Positions 1-8,475 of a stretch of DNA of 24,000 bases are shown in pieces. The DNA comes from Candidatus Hodarchaeota archaeon (GTDB lineage: Archaea > Asgardarchaeota > Heimdallarchaeia > Hodarchaeales > Hodarchaeaceae). Numbering within the stretch: position 1 is the stretch's first letter; the number at the start of each line of letters is the position of its first letter. The notes below the pieces were generated by a model. It made no database searches and was not told where the DNA came from. It saw only the letters and a program-made list of their open reading frames with translations. Location of the stretch: positions 5,535 through 29,534 of the forward strand of contig JAEOTQ010000106.1 in NCBI GenBank assembly GCA_016839785.1. The letters are read 5' to 3'. Position numbers and translations under genes: made by a program.

Positions 1-433
1 GATTCCCTAAAGTGATTTCTGTTACAAGTAACAATAACCCAATTGCTACTGGAATGAGCATGGTTCCAAAACTCAAGAAACCAGTGAAACCTACCTTTTT
101 TGGATCTCGAAATTTACTTGGATCCCCTTTACTGAATATTAATTCAGCTAATTTTCCTAAACCGAAATTACAATATCTACCCAGATAGTAACAATGCGTG
201 CAGCGGAGCTTCATACTCACCATAAGCGTAGTTGCTGCAAGTATAAGATATAAAGCACTCAACATGGGATGGAAGAAGTACAAGACAAAAGCACCAGCTA
301 AGTAACTTATAATTGTTAATGATGCTGATAAACACACAATCTTGAACGGATAAGATTCCAATTTAGATACTGAACTTGCCAAAATATCACCAGGAATAAA
401 CTCGATACAATATTGAAGTTCTTCTTTCAGCAA
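1..433 (-). CDS. Partial CDS (N-terminal ~144 codons; gene runs off the left window edge): polytopic membrane protein with a Cys motif, function unknown
   Basis: Not in the supplied ORF track because there is no stop inside the window. My reverse-strand translation from TTG (433-431) stays open for 144 codons down to position 2: LLKEELQYCIEFIPGDILASSVSKLESYPFKIVCLSASLTIISYLAGAFVLYFFHPMLSALYLILAATTLMVSMKLRCTHCYYLGRYCNFGLGKLAELIFSKGDPSKFRDPKKVGFTGFLSFGTMLIPVAIGLLLLVTEITLGN. An in-frame stop lies just upstream (446-448). There are several helix-length hydrophobic segments and an RCTHCYYLGRYCNFG motif. The start codon is uncertain because no ATG lies near the 5' end. Confidence 0.45.
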   Translation of the reverse strand, partial: MLKEELQYCIEFIPGDILASSVSKLESYPFKIVCLSASLTIISYLAGAFVLYFFHPMLSALYLILAATTLMVSMKLRCTHCYYLGRYCNFGLGKLAELIFSKGDPSKFRDPKKVGFTGFLSFGTMLIPVAIGLLLLVTEITLGN

Positions 434-469
434 ACTTAAAAGAGTTTATCCTATTCCCATTAATTGAAA

Positions 470-2182
470 ATGTCCGCTAGTAAAATCAAGTGTTTAACCC
501 TAACTTTTCTGTTAATTTTATCAATTAATAGCTTCATACACTCAATCGGACACCTTTCAATAACAAGAGTAGGTGATGTTTACAAGTTTCAGAGCATTCA
601 TGCTTCTTTTGAAAGAGAGTTATCAGAAATAAACTCGACAGCAATAGAAGAATTTGTAGATGCGTTTTTTGATGAGGAATTACTTAACTCATTCCTAGTT
701 CCTGGAGTTGCTATAACTTTTGTCCAGAATAATGAAACCATATTTACTAAAGGGTTTGGATGGGCAAATGTATCCTCCTCCGTACCTGTTGATGCGAATG
801 AAACGATATTTCGTGCTGGATCCATTTCTAAATCATTTGTAGCCACTGCAGTAATGCAACTCTATGAAAAGGGACTTCTTGAGTTAACTACAGATATTAA
901 TATGTATTCACCTACTTTTAACATTTCTGATTCCTATCCCAACCATCCCATAACATTACATCATCTTTTAACCCATACAGCAGGATTTGATGAGGTGTGG
1001 AATGTCACAACCTCCCCTACTAATATAAGTATCCTACCTGAATTTTTAGAAACTAATTTACCTAAACGAATCTATGCTCCAGGAGAGGTATTTTGCTACT
1101 CCAATTATGGATACGCTCTGGCGGGATATCTTGTAGAAGTGATTTCAGGAATAAATTTTGATCAATATGTGAAGATAAACATTTTTGATCCGTTAGGAAT
1201 GAATTCTTCAGGTTTTGAACAACCATTCAGTTCTTCACATCTTGAGGATTTCGCTCAAGGGTATTACTTTGAAGATGAAGAACCTATACCTCTGGAACTC
1301 TATTACTTTATGGCTTATCCAGCAGGTTCCCTCTATACAACTGCTTCCGACATGTCAAAATTCATTGTTGCCCATCTCAATGGAGGTGTATACAATAATT
1401 CGAGAATCCTCAATACATCCACTATTCAATTAATGCAGAGTAGGCAATTCACTCATCATCCACAGCTGGGAGGATATTGTTATGGATTCTATGAGTATAT
1501 AGATCATATCAATCAAAATATTAGCATTATCCACCATGCGGGAGATCTCTACGGATTCGCAAGCGATTTAGTACTCTTCCCAGAATTAAATTTCGGTTTT
1601 TTCCTTTCTCATAACAGTGTTGGTACTGGATTTCGGGAAGTTTTTCTTGCAGCATTGTTCGATACTTTTTTTCCGACCCCATCCACTGTTCCGATACCCA
1701 CCGACGATTTTATGGATCGTAAACAGCTTTATCAAGGTATTTATTGGTATAACCGATATCCTCATGAGAAATATGAACAAGGTGAGTATTCCGATGTTAT
1801 CCCCTATTCCACCATAGAACTATCTGTAAATGAGTCGGCAGCGACATTAATTACTGTTATTAATGAACAAGGGGAAACTATTAGTGTAGATTGGATTGAA
1901 ATCGAACCCTTTCTCTTTCAATTACCTGAAACAGATACTAAACTGCTGTTGGTTCCTATTGATGACAAGATCCAATATATTATTTTAGGACTGGCTGTAT
2001 ATGAACGACAGGATACGGACGATTCTTCTTTAACCACAACTAGTTTCCAATCAACTACAACAGAAACTACACATTCTAAAGCAAATTTCACCAACATAGG
2101 AATAATTTTTTATGCGGTAATTATTTTAGTATTTCTCTCCAAAAGAAGGAAAAGAAAAAAGATAGACGGTACTCAAAAGTGA
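470..2182 (+). CDS. Secreted, C-terminally membrane-anchored serine hydrolase of the beta-lactamase/DD-peptidase (class C-like, esterase/aminopeptidase) fold
   Basis: The ORF track gives 464..2182 (TTG). An in-frame ATG at 470 is the more likely start. The N-terminus is signal-like (KIKCLTLTFLLILSINSFIHS). Family motifs occur in canonical order: S-x-x-K (SISK, nt 821-832), Y-x-N (CYSNYGYALAGY) and H-x-G in the KTG position (HHAGDLYGF). The C-terminus has a Thr/Ser-rich stretch (SSLTTTSFQSTTTETT), a hydrophobic helix (IGIIFYAVIILVFL) and a basic tail (SKRRKRKK). I count 13 N-x-S/T sequons by hand. Confidence 0.85.
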   Translation: MSASKIKCLTLTFLLILSINSFIHSIGHLSITRVGDVYKFQSIHASFERELSEINSTAIEEFVDAFFDEELLNSFLVPGVAITFVQNNETIFTKGFGWANVSSSVPVDANETIFRAGSISKSFVATAVMQLYEKGLLELTTDINMYSPTFNISDSYPNHPITLHHLLTHTAGFDEVWNVTTSPTNISILPEFLETNLPKRIYAPGEVFCYSNYGYALAGYLVEVISGINFDQYVKINIFDPLGMNSSGFEQPFSSSHLEDFAQGYYFEDEEPIPLELYYFMAYPAGSLYTTASDMSKFIVAHLNGGVYNNSRILNTSTIQLMQSRQFTHHPQLGGYCYGFYEYIDHINQNISIIHHAGDLYGFASDLVLFPELNFGFFLSHNSVGTGFREVFLAALFDTFFPTPSTVPIPTDDFMDRKQLYQGIYWYNRYPHEKYEQGEYSDVIPYSTIELSVNESAATLITVINEQGETISVDWIEIEPFLFQLPETDTKLLLVPIDDKIQYIILGLAVYERQDTDDSSLTTTSFQSTTTETTHSKANFTNIGIIFYAVIILVFLSKRRKRKKIDGTQK

Positions 2183-2236
2183 AAGACGGAGTACTCTATC
2201 AGAGTCCATAACACACCTTAACTAGTAGAACACTTT

Positions 2237-5200
2237 TTACACTTGTTTTTTTCGTATAATAGCAAAGATAATACCCAGAACAAGTAAGGAAAAACTTCCA
2301 AATCCAATTGAAACTTTGGGTTTGGAGGTGGAACTTGTGGTAGGTGGGACCTCAGTAGTGGGTGTAGGAGTACTAGTAGAACTAGATGAACTAGTAGAAG
2401 TCGATGAGGCGCTTGTGATGGTGGTAGTGGTAATTTCAACCATTTTTACTAAAAGAATTACAGTATCAATTGCTTGATTTCCATTAAAATCAGTAACCAC
2501 AAGTGAAAAGGTATATGTGCCTGCAGGAAGATTTCCTACATCAATTGAAACTGAACTGTTCTGATTCCATACACCAGAGGTCAACATCTCTCCATCTTGG
2601 TATATAATATAAGTACCATTATATCTGTCTGATATATTCCAATTTAGAAAGTAGCTAGTTGTGCCTTCCATGTACTCTTCATCATCGTGTGGATTAATTG
2701 TCGGAGGAGTGAGATCTATTACTTCAATAGTGACAACTGACTGCGATTCTTGGCCAAATAAATCCGAGAATGTCATGGTATATGTATAATTACCTAGATC
2801 CAACTCTGGGATTGTTATATTAATCCAGGTATTATTTCCCCAAATACCAGTGATAATAGTCCCGTTTGCTAAAATAAGAGTGTAATTAAAAGGGTAATAA
2901 TCAATTGCTCTCCATGTTAACTCAGAACCAGCTGTCTCCTCTATGGTTTGGTTCAGAGGAGAGTTCACAATAATTGGAGGTGTTACATCTATTACCAGCA
3001 CAAAAACTGTATCTGCAGATGATAATCCCCTAGCATCATAGACTATTATTGTGTAGTTCCATACGCCAGGATGTAAACCATCAATTCTTATTGAAAGTGA
3101 CTCATTTCCAACCCATGAACTAGTTAACGCTAATGAATCATTTTTATATATGAAGAAGACATCAGGATTTAAGTCAGCTACTGTCCAAGTTAATGTATTA
3201 TTGATACTCATTTCCAAGATGAATATATCTGATTCTTCACTAACAAGAGGAGGATTTGAGTCAATTAGTACGAAAACAAATACTGTATCATTTACTGTCA
3301 GATTATCTGTTGTTTTAACGAATATAGAGAAATTATATATTCCTGGGTCAAGATTGTCAACTAGGTAATTTACTAGCGTGCTATTGGTCCAATCATCAGT
3401 CTCAAGGGGGAGATCATCCTGATAAATTGTGTAATTGCCCGTTTTATTACTAATTATGGTCCAACTAATCCAATTATTCATCATCCCTTCAGTATATGTG
3501 ATATTTTCTGGTTGATTGATGGCTAGTCCCTTAACTGGCTCAACTATGACAAACACTGAGTCTTTCAGTGATAGATTACTATGATCGAACACTACTAGTG
3601 TATAATTGTAGATTCCGATACTTGCATTGGCTATTATGAATTGTATTGGAAAGCTACTATTCCAAGAATCCGATTGAACTACTATACCATCTTCATAGAG
3701 TGTATAGTGAGATGGATTATAATCGGTAACTAACCAAGTAATGACGGTACCAGTAGTTTCAACAATAGTTTTGTTCCCTGGACTTGTGATAAGAGGAGGG
3801 GTAGAATCAGGAAGAACAGTAAGGAATAAAGTACTTGTAGCATTCAAAGCTGAAGTATCATGGATCAGAAGAGTAATATTATAGATTCCAGACAAGAAAT
3901 CAGAATAATCTAGAGAAATATTGGTATCAGAGGTCCAATTACCGTCCAAATATACCTGGTCGTCTACAAAAATTGTGAAATTATAAGGATGTATATCATT
4001 CGCAATCCAAGTAATAGGGATAGTCGGGTACCCGTATTCATGGGTGAAGTTCGTAGGGTGACTGACAACAGGAGCAGTTCCATCGTATATTACTACATAA
4101 TGGGTAGAAGAATTGATGTTCGATGAAGAATCATTTACATAAATAATGAATTCAAATACACCCAACGGTAGGTTGGTTACATTCAGAGTAATTGTCTGCC
4201 CAGAAGTCCAAGAACCATTAGCATAAAGAACGCTATCCATGAATATAGAATAGTTCCAAGGATGTAAATCAGTAAGCGTCCAATTGATAGATTTATCAGG
4301 CAATACCTCCATAAAAACAAATATTTTACCAGAATTTAAATTCGGAGGAGTTGTATCTATCACCGTAACAAAGACGGTATCACTACGTTCATTACTATCG
4401 GTATCAATAAACTTGATTGTAATATTATGAACACCTAATCCTAATCCATCAACTGAATAGTTAATAATTTCTCTCGATGTCCAAAGATTAGAGAAAACTG
4501 GTATATCATCAACAAGAATACTGAACATAAATGGACTTTCATCCAAGGCTACCCACGTTAAATTATGCCCAATTGTTGCTTCTTCATAGGTCAGATTCGA
4601 AGGTGGATCAATGATCTCGGGTGGTAATTCTATAGAATACCAAATCATTAACGGGAAGTTGTCACTTGAACTCACAGAACCAGAGATAAGGTATGGGGAG
4701 TCTCCAATACCATCAGAATTATTATCAATACCTCGATAATCCAACCAAAAATTACCATGCGTACCATTATCCCAATTTTGATTATTCCACGTGGAATAAC
4801 CCTGGTTAATCGCTCCTCCGCGATTGTGGAGAAAATTATTCAGATAAATATGGTTTGCGGGTTCACTACTTCCGACATAGATCCCATAATCAGTGCATCC
4901 AATTACGGTATTGTTACGAACAGTAACGTTTCCCGAATCATAGAAATCAATTCCATAATCGCCGCAATTTCGAATCAAGTTGTTTTCTACAGTGGAATTA
5001 AATGACCAAGTAATCGATATCCCATTATAGATCACATTTTCTATATAGTTATTCGCGATATAGGTATCTTCAAAAAAGCCATAAATTCCATATCTTCCAT
5101 CTTTAATAATATTATTGGTTACCGTGGAATTAATAATCGTGGAACTTAATCTAATACCTTCATCAGTGTTGTTTATAATGATGTTGTCAGAAATTATAGT

Positions 5201-6223
5201 ATAATGAGCATAGGAACTTAACCAAATCCCTGAACCATCATTATTGACAATCGTATTGTTTTTAATTATACTATAATAGCCAAAAGAACTGATCCATACA
5301 GCGGCATCGAAATTTCCGTCGAAAGTATTATTGGTTATCCAATTATTCTCCGCATTTGCCACCCAGATGGCTTGATCAAGATTTTGTGTGAAAAAATTGA
5401 ACTGAATATTGAACCAATCTGAATTAGATAATTCAATACATTGTCCAATATTGGATACAAAGAAATTATGCTCTATCGTAGCGTTGTCAGAACTGGTGGA
5501 ATATATCCCATGGTAATTAAATGAGAAATTATTATTCTTGATGTGACTAAATCTCGTACCTTGAAGATAAATGCCTCCATAGTTAGTTCCAGAAGTCTGA
5601 TGAGAAGAAATTTCGTTGTATTGTATAAGAGAGGAATCACCACTAATAACCATACCAAAATTGCCATTATTAGAAATGGTATTATTCTGGGTAATAACGT
5701 CATCACTGTAAAGGATTTCCAGGCCTGCATAGTTGTTGTTCACTAATGTATTATTTTCTATAAGGACCTGATCAGCAGCGACGAAATAAAGGTAGATTCC
5801 ACTTGAAGAGGATCCATTTACAGAAATGTAATTATTTCGAAGAATAAAATTATAACCAGTGGAACGAATCTCAATACCGTGAGTACTTGCCGTTGAGTTA
5901 GTAATGTAATAATTTTCAATAATAAAAGGTGCACTCACCGATCCATTACCCAACCATCCTTCAGAAGCAGCTTGAGTAGCAAAATCAGAGTTTCCACTAA
6001 TGTAGATGGGATTCCGAGAGGTATAGGACTGAGCTTTAAACTGTGGTAGCTTTGGAGAATCTTTTTCTATTTGTCTGAGTGGATATGCAGCGTTACTTAC
6101 TCGGATGGGTTCTAATCCAGAGTCATTTACTCTTATTTCATGAAAATTATGAATAGAACTCAAAATGATCGCTAACAAAAGTATAAAGGGTACGTAGTAT
6201 TTTTTGGAATCAACGCGGGACAT
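2237..6223 (-). CDS. Large cell-surface protein: signal peptide + NosD/CASH-type right-handed parallel beta-helix (PbH1 repeats) + 8 Ig-like repeats + Ser/Thr stalk + C-terminal TM anchor (putative adhesin/S-layer-associated glycoprotein)
   Basis: The ORF track gives 2237..6262 (TTG start). The in-frame ATG at 6223 yields a classic signal peptide (MSRVDSKKYYVPFILLLAIILSSIHNF). The beta-helix entry (NPIYISGNSDFATQAASEGWLGNGSVSAPFIIENYYI) is followed by many ~22-24-aa turns of the type NNxIxxNxxxGIxLxxSxxxxIxxN. The typical exit motif is present (GNFWLDYRGIDNNSDGIGDSPYLISG). Eight ~91-aa repeats then follow, then the stalk TTTTITSASSTSTSSSSSTSTPTPTTEVPPTTSSTS, the TM helix FGSFSLLVLGIIFAII and the tail RKKQV. 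I count about 58 N-x-S/T sequons by hand. Confidence 0.85.
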   Translation of the reverse strand: MSRVDSKKYYVPFILLLAIILSSIHNFHEIRVNDSGLEPIRVSNAAYPLRQIEKDSPKLPQFKAQSYTSRNPIYISGNSDFATQAASEGWLGNGSVSAPFIIENYYITNSTASTHGIEIRSTGYNFILRNNYISVNGSSSSGIYLYFVAADQVLIENNTLVNNNYAGLEILYSDDVITQNNTISNNGNFGMVISGDSSLIQYNEISSHQTSGTNYGGIYLQGTRFSHIKNNNFSFNYHGIYSTSSDNATIEHNFFVSNIGQCIELSNSDWFNIQFNFFTQNLDQAIWVANAENNWITNNTFDGNFDAAVWISSFGYYSIIKNNTIVNNDGSGIWLSSYAHYTIISDNIIINNTDEGIRLSSTIINSTVTNNIIKDGRYGIYGFFEDTYIANNYIENVIYNGISITWSFNSTVENNLIRNCGDYGIDFYDSGNVTVRNNTVIGCTDYGIYVGSSEPANHIYLNNFLHNRGGAINQGYSTWNNQNWDNGTHGNFWLDYRGIDNNSDGIGDSPYLISGSVSSSDNFPLMIWYSIELPPEIIDPPSNLTYEEATIGHNLTWVALDESPFMFSILVDDIPVFSNLWTSREIINYSVDGLGLGVHNITIKFIDTDSNERSDTVFVTVIDTTPPNLNSGKIFVFMEVLPDKSINWTLTDLHPWNYSIFMDSVLYANGSWTSGQTITLNVTNLPLGVFEFIIYVNDSSSNINSSTHYVVIYDGTAPVVSHPTNFTHEYGYPTIPITWIANDIHPYNFTIFVDDQVYLDGNWTSDTNISLDYSDFLSGIYNITLLIHDTSALNATSTLFLTVLPDSTPPLITSPGNKTIVETTGTVITWLVTDYNPSHYTLYEDGIVVQSDSWNSSFPIQFIIANASIGIYNYTLVVFDHSNLSLKDSVFVIVEPVKGLAINQPENITYTEGMMNNWISWTIISNKTGNYTIYQDDLPLETDDWTNSTLVNYLVDNLDPGIYNFSIFVKTTDNLTVNDTVFVFVLIDSNPPLVSEESDIFILEMSINNTLTWTVADLNPDVFFIYKNDSLALTSSWVGNESLSIRIDGLHPGVWNYTIIVYDARGLSSADTVFVLVIDVTPPIIVNSPLNQTIEETAGSELTWRAIDYYPFNYTLILANGTIITGIWGNNTWINITIPELDLGNYTYTMTFSDLFGQESQSVVTIEVIDLTPPTINPHDDEEYMEGTTSYFLNWNISDRYNGTYIIYQDGEMLTSGVWNQNSSVSIDVGNLPAGTYTFSLVVTDFNGNQAIDTVILLVKMVEITTTTITSASSTSTSSSSSTSTPTPTTEVPPTTSSTSKPKVSIGFGSFSLLVLGIIFAIIRKKQV
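2438..4624 (-). repeat. Eight tandem ~91-aa (about 273 nt) Ig-like/beta-sandwich repeats inside the surface protein (protein-level repeat)
   Basis: Track residues ~547-1275. Each unit reads roughly: PP..x5-10..(L/I)(T/S)W...D..P..Y.I(Y/F).D......W.......(I/V)......G.Y.(Y/F)......D..(G)N...D.V.V.V.D.TPP. The boundary motifs fall at residues 638-640 (TPP), 729-731 (TAP), 821-823 (TPP), ~908-912 (EPVKG), 1003-1005 (NPP), 1094-1096 (TPP) and 1185-1187 (TPP). That gives a period of 88-93 aa. Confidence 0.8.
4649..6013 (-). repeat. Protein-level PbH1 / parallel beta-helix repeat region (NosD/CASH-like) inside the surface protein
   Basis: Track residues ~84-538 hold successive short repeats rich in N, G and I. 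Examples: NNYISVNGSSSSGIYLYF, ENNTLVNNNYAGLEILYS, QNNTISNNGNFGMVISG, KNNTIVNNDGSGIWLSS, SDNIIINNTDEGIRLSS, VENNLIRNCGDYGIDFYD, VRNNTVIGCTDYGIYVGS. The repetition is at protein level only. The DNA copies are diverged. Confidence 0.75.
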
Positions 6224-6420
6224 TGGGGGACTTCCTAACGAAAAACAATTTAATAGACACAAAAGATAGTGTAATTACATCTTTTCTTCTTAATAAGAAG
6301 CACTAGATAATTTCTCCGAACGTTACCTTATTTCCACAATATTTAATTATTCGAGCAAATACTTAATTGGAAACAAGAAAATTGCCTTCAGTATTCAAGT
6401 TAACAAAAGAGTTGAGCAGT

Positions 6421-7254
6421 ATGGAGCATGAAGAAAGTAAATATGTCACTCGGGATGGAATAGACATTTTTTATCAGGTGTGGAAACCTGAAGGGACACC
6501 TAAGGGAATTGTACAAATAGTTCACGGATTAGCAGAACATGCAGGGCGGTATATGCATGTCGTTAACAAACTTGTACCACAAGGATATTTAATCTATGGT
6601 GATGACCATCGAGGACATGGACGATCAGGTGGACATAAAGGATTTGTTAAGTCAATTAATGATTTTGTACAGGATCAAAAGGAATTTACAAAGATAATAA
6701 AGGATAAAGAAGGCGCAAATTTACCTCTTTTCTTACTTGGTCATTCTATGGGATCTTTGATATCAATTCTTTACATATCTGATTCTCCTGATGACTTCAA
6801 AGGGCTTATTCTTTCTGGTACTGGATCAGCTGTAGGAGAAGGAGTGAATTGGTTTACAATAATATTAGCAAAAACAATGTCAAAAATATTACCAAAAATG
6901 ACGTTAAAAAATGAATTATCGGATGGAGTATCACGAGATCCCGCAGTAAAAGAAGCTTATAATAATGATCCATATGTATTAGACAAGATAACCACTAGAC
7001 TCGGAGCTGAAATTTTTACTGGACTTAAAGCAGCTAAAAGCAGTATTGGAAATATCAAGATCCCTATTTTAGTGCAAAAAGGTGGAGAAGATCCTTTAAT
7101 AATAAAAACAGAGGAATTGATGAAGAACGTGACTACTGAGGATTCCACCTTAAAGATGTATGAGGGATTATTTCACGAAGTGTATAATGAGCTAGAAGAG
7201 GATCGAGAAGTTGTCCTTAATGATCTAAACGAGTGGTTAAATTCTCATCTCTAA
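6421..7254 (+). CDS. Alpha/beta-hydrolase, monoacylglycerol lipase / lysophospholipase-like
   Basis: The ORF track gives 6367..7254 (TTG). The in-frame ATG at 6421 (MEHEESKY...) is preferred. The HG-x-x-EH-x-x-RY box (VHGLAEHAGRY) is typical of the MGL/lysophospholipase (PldB-like) family. The nucleophile elbow is G-H-S-M-G-S (nt 6739-6756). A candidate acid lies in GGEDP and a candidate catalytic His in EGLFHEVYNE near the C-terminus. Confidence 0.85.
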   Translation: MEHEESKYVTRDGIDIFYQVWKPEGTPKGIVQIVHGLAEHAGRYMHVVNKLVPQGYLIYGDDHRGHGRSGGHKGFVKSINDFVQDQKEFTKIIKDKEGANLPLFLLGHSMGSLISILYISDSPDDFKGLILSGTGSAVGEGVNWFTIILAKTMSKILPKMTLKNELSDGVSRDPAVKEAYNNDPYVLDKITTRLGAEIFTGLKAAKSSIGNIKIPILVQKGGEDPLIIKTEELMKNVTTEDSTLKMYEGLFHEVYNELEEDREVVLNDLNEWLNSHL

Positions 7255-7459
7255 TTTAGTGGATCTACATTAGAATCACTTCAAAAAAAATCGATATTCA
7301 CAAACCTAGCTTCTTCGCTCTCATTCTTTCTCTTTATAGAAGTATTGAGACTTAATCCAGCATTGAACTAAATTTGATAAGCACTAGAAAAGAAATTAAA
7401 ATCTAGAAAGTTAAAAAAGGTTCGTCAGAAGTATATGATTCTACTGAACAAATTGACCA

Positions 7460-8461
7460 TTGGTGAGAAAATTGGCGATTGAACCACAATATGCTATTGA
7501 AGTGAAGGGTCTTAGGAAAACCTTCGGTAAAGGGGAGAATAAAGTCGAAGCTGTACGGGGAGTCTCACTCCAAGTCAGAAAAGGTGAAATTTTTGGATTT
7601 TTAGGTCCAAACGGTGCTGGAAAAACCACAAGTTTACGAATGATGGTAGGACTACTTAATCCTAGTGCAGGAAATGTGATAATTTTAGGAAAGGATCCTA
7701 AAGAGAAACAAAATCAAGATTTTATCAAGGAAAAAATTGGGATCATCCCTCAAGAAGTCTCTCTATATTTGGAATTAACAGTGGAAGAGAATCTATGGTT
7801 TATCGCGAATGCTTATCGGGTTCCTTCAGCAGATGCAAAAGTGACGATTGATAAACTAATCAGTGATATGGGGTTAGAAGAGAAACGAAAAGCATTGGCG
7901 AAGAACCTTTCGGGAGGAATGAAGCGACGATTAAATTTAATAATGGGATTAGTGCATAATCCCGAACTAGTCCTTTGTGATGAACCAACACCTGGACTTG
8001 ATCCTCAATCACGAGTGGTTGTTTGGGAATATATCCAGGACTTACCCAAGCAAGGAAAAACGGTCATTTTAACAACCCATTTTATGGAAGAGGCTGATCG
8101 TCTTTCAGATCGGGTCGCTATAATCGACAATGGTGAAGTGCTTGTGCTCGACTCTCCTAAAGCTCTAAAAAAATCCGTTGGCGAAGGCGATCTTGTTGAG
8201 TTTATGCTTGAAAATACCGAAAAAGATCATTTGGAACAGATTGCCTCTGCTTTGAGAGAATTTAATGGAGGAAAAGCTATACAAGAAGTATACATTTCTT
8301 CTAATCGTGTGATCATGCGATCTAAGGATGTTATATCGAATCTTTCACGGATTCTGAACCATATTGAGGATCAGGGAGCAGAAGTAGAAAACATGGCTAT
8401 TCGGAATACTACACTTGAGGATGTATTTATTTCCCTCACTGGAAGAGCTTTACGTAATTAA
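7460..8461 (+). CDS. ABC transporter ATP-binding protein (ABC-2/DrrA-NatA-like exporter ATPase)
   Basis: Walker A is GPNGAGKTT (nt ~7604-7630). The Q-loop is IGIIPQE, the ABC signature LSGGMKRRL, Walker B LVLCDEPTPGLD and the H-loop LTTHFMEEA. The C-terminal ~100 aa form an accessory domain common in ABC-2 ATPases. The start is non-ATG (TTG 7460, GTG 7463 or TTG 7472), so the exact start is uncertain. Confidence 0.9.
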   Translation: MVRKLAIEPQYAIEVKGLRKTFGKGENKVEAVRGVSLQVRKGEIFGFLGPNGAGKTTSLRMMVGLLNPSAGNVIILGKDPKEKQNQDFIKEKIGIIPQEVSLYLELTVEENLWFIANAYRVPSADAKVTIDKLISDMGLEEKRKALAKNLSGGMKRRLNLIMGLVHNPELVLCDEPTPGLDPQSRVVVWEYIQDLPKQGKTVILTTHFMEEADRLSDRVAIIDNGEVLVLDSPKALKKSVGEGDLVEFMLENTEKDHLEQIASALREFNGGKAIQEVYISSNRVIMRSKDVISNLSRILNHIEDQGAEVENMAIRNTTLEDVFISLTGRALRN

Positions 8462-8466
8462 GGGAG
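8462..8466 (+). promoter_or_regulatory. Shine-Dalgarno-like GGGAG upstream of the first permease gene
   Basis: GGGAG lies 9 nt upstream of ATG 8476 and directly after the ATPase stop (8459-8461). This is consistent with operonic translation. Confidence 0.45.
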
Positions 8467-8475
8467 ATATTTTTA

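Noticed and set aside
598-1817. Track ORFs 598..846(-), 1215..1433(+), 1586..1780(-), 1617..1817(+)
   Set aside because: All are nested in or antisense to the 572-aa hydrolase ORF, which has clear catalytic motifs. They are short, have no motifs, and their composition is typical of off-frame readings of AT-rich coding DNA.
464-2182. Calling the beta-lactamase-fold gene an antibiotic-resistance determinant
   Set aside because: The motif set (SxxK/YxN/HxG with H replacing K of KTG), the extra C-terminal domain and the membrane anchoring fit the esterase/aminopeptidase/PBP-like branch. Nothing in the sequence supports true beta-lactamase activity.
2438-4624. Possibility of a DNA-level tandem repeat or recent repeat expansion in the Ig-like array
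   Set aside because: The eight units share only a protein-level pattern. The nucleotide sequences of adjacent units are clearly different, so this is not a VNTR-type or assembly-collapsing repeat.
2218-5746. Track ORFs 2218..2439(-), 3150..3368(+), 4757..5005(+), 5473..5730(-), 5543..5746(+)
   Set aside because: All lie inside the 1341-aa surface-protein ORF. The 2218..2439 ORF (…PLPPSQAPHRLLLVHLVLLVLL…) is just an alternative-frame reading of the low-complexity Ser/Thr-stalk DNA. None has independent support.
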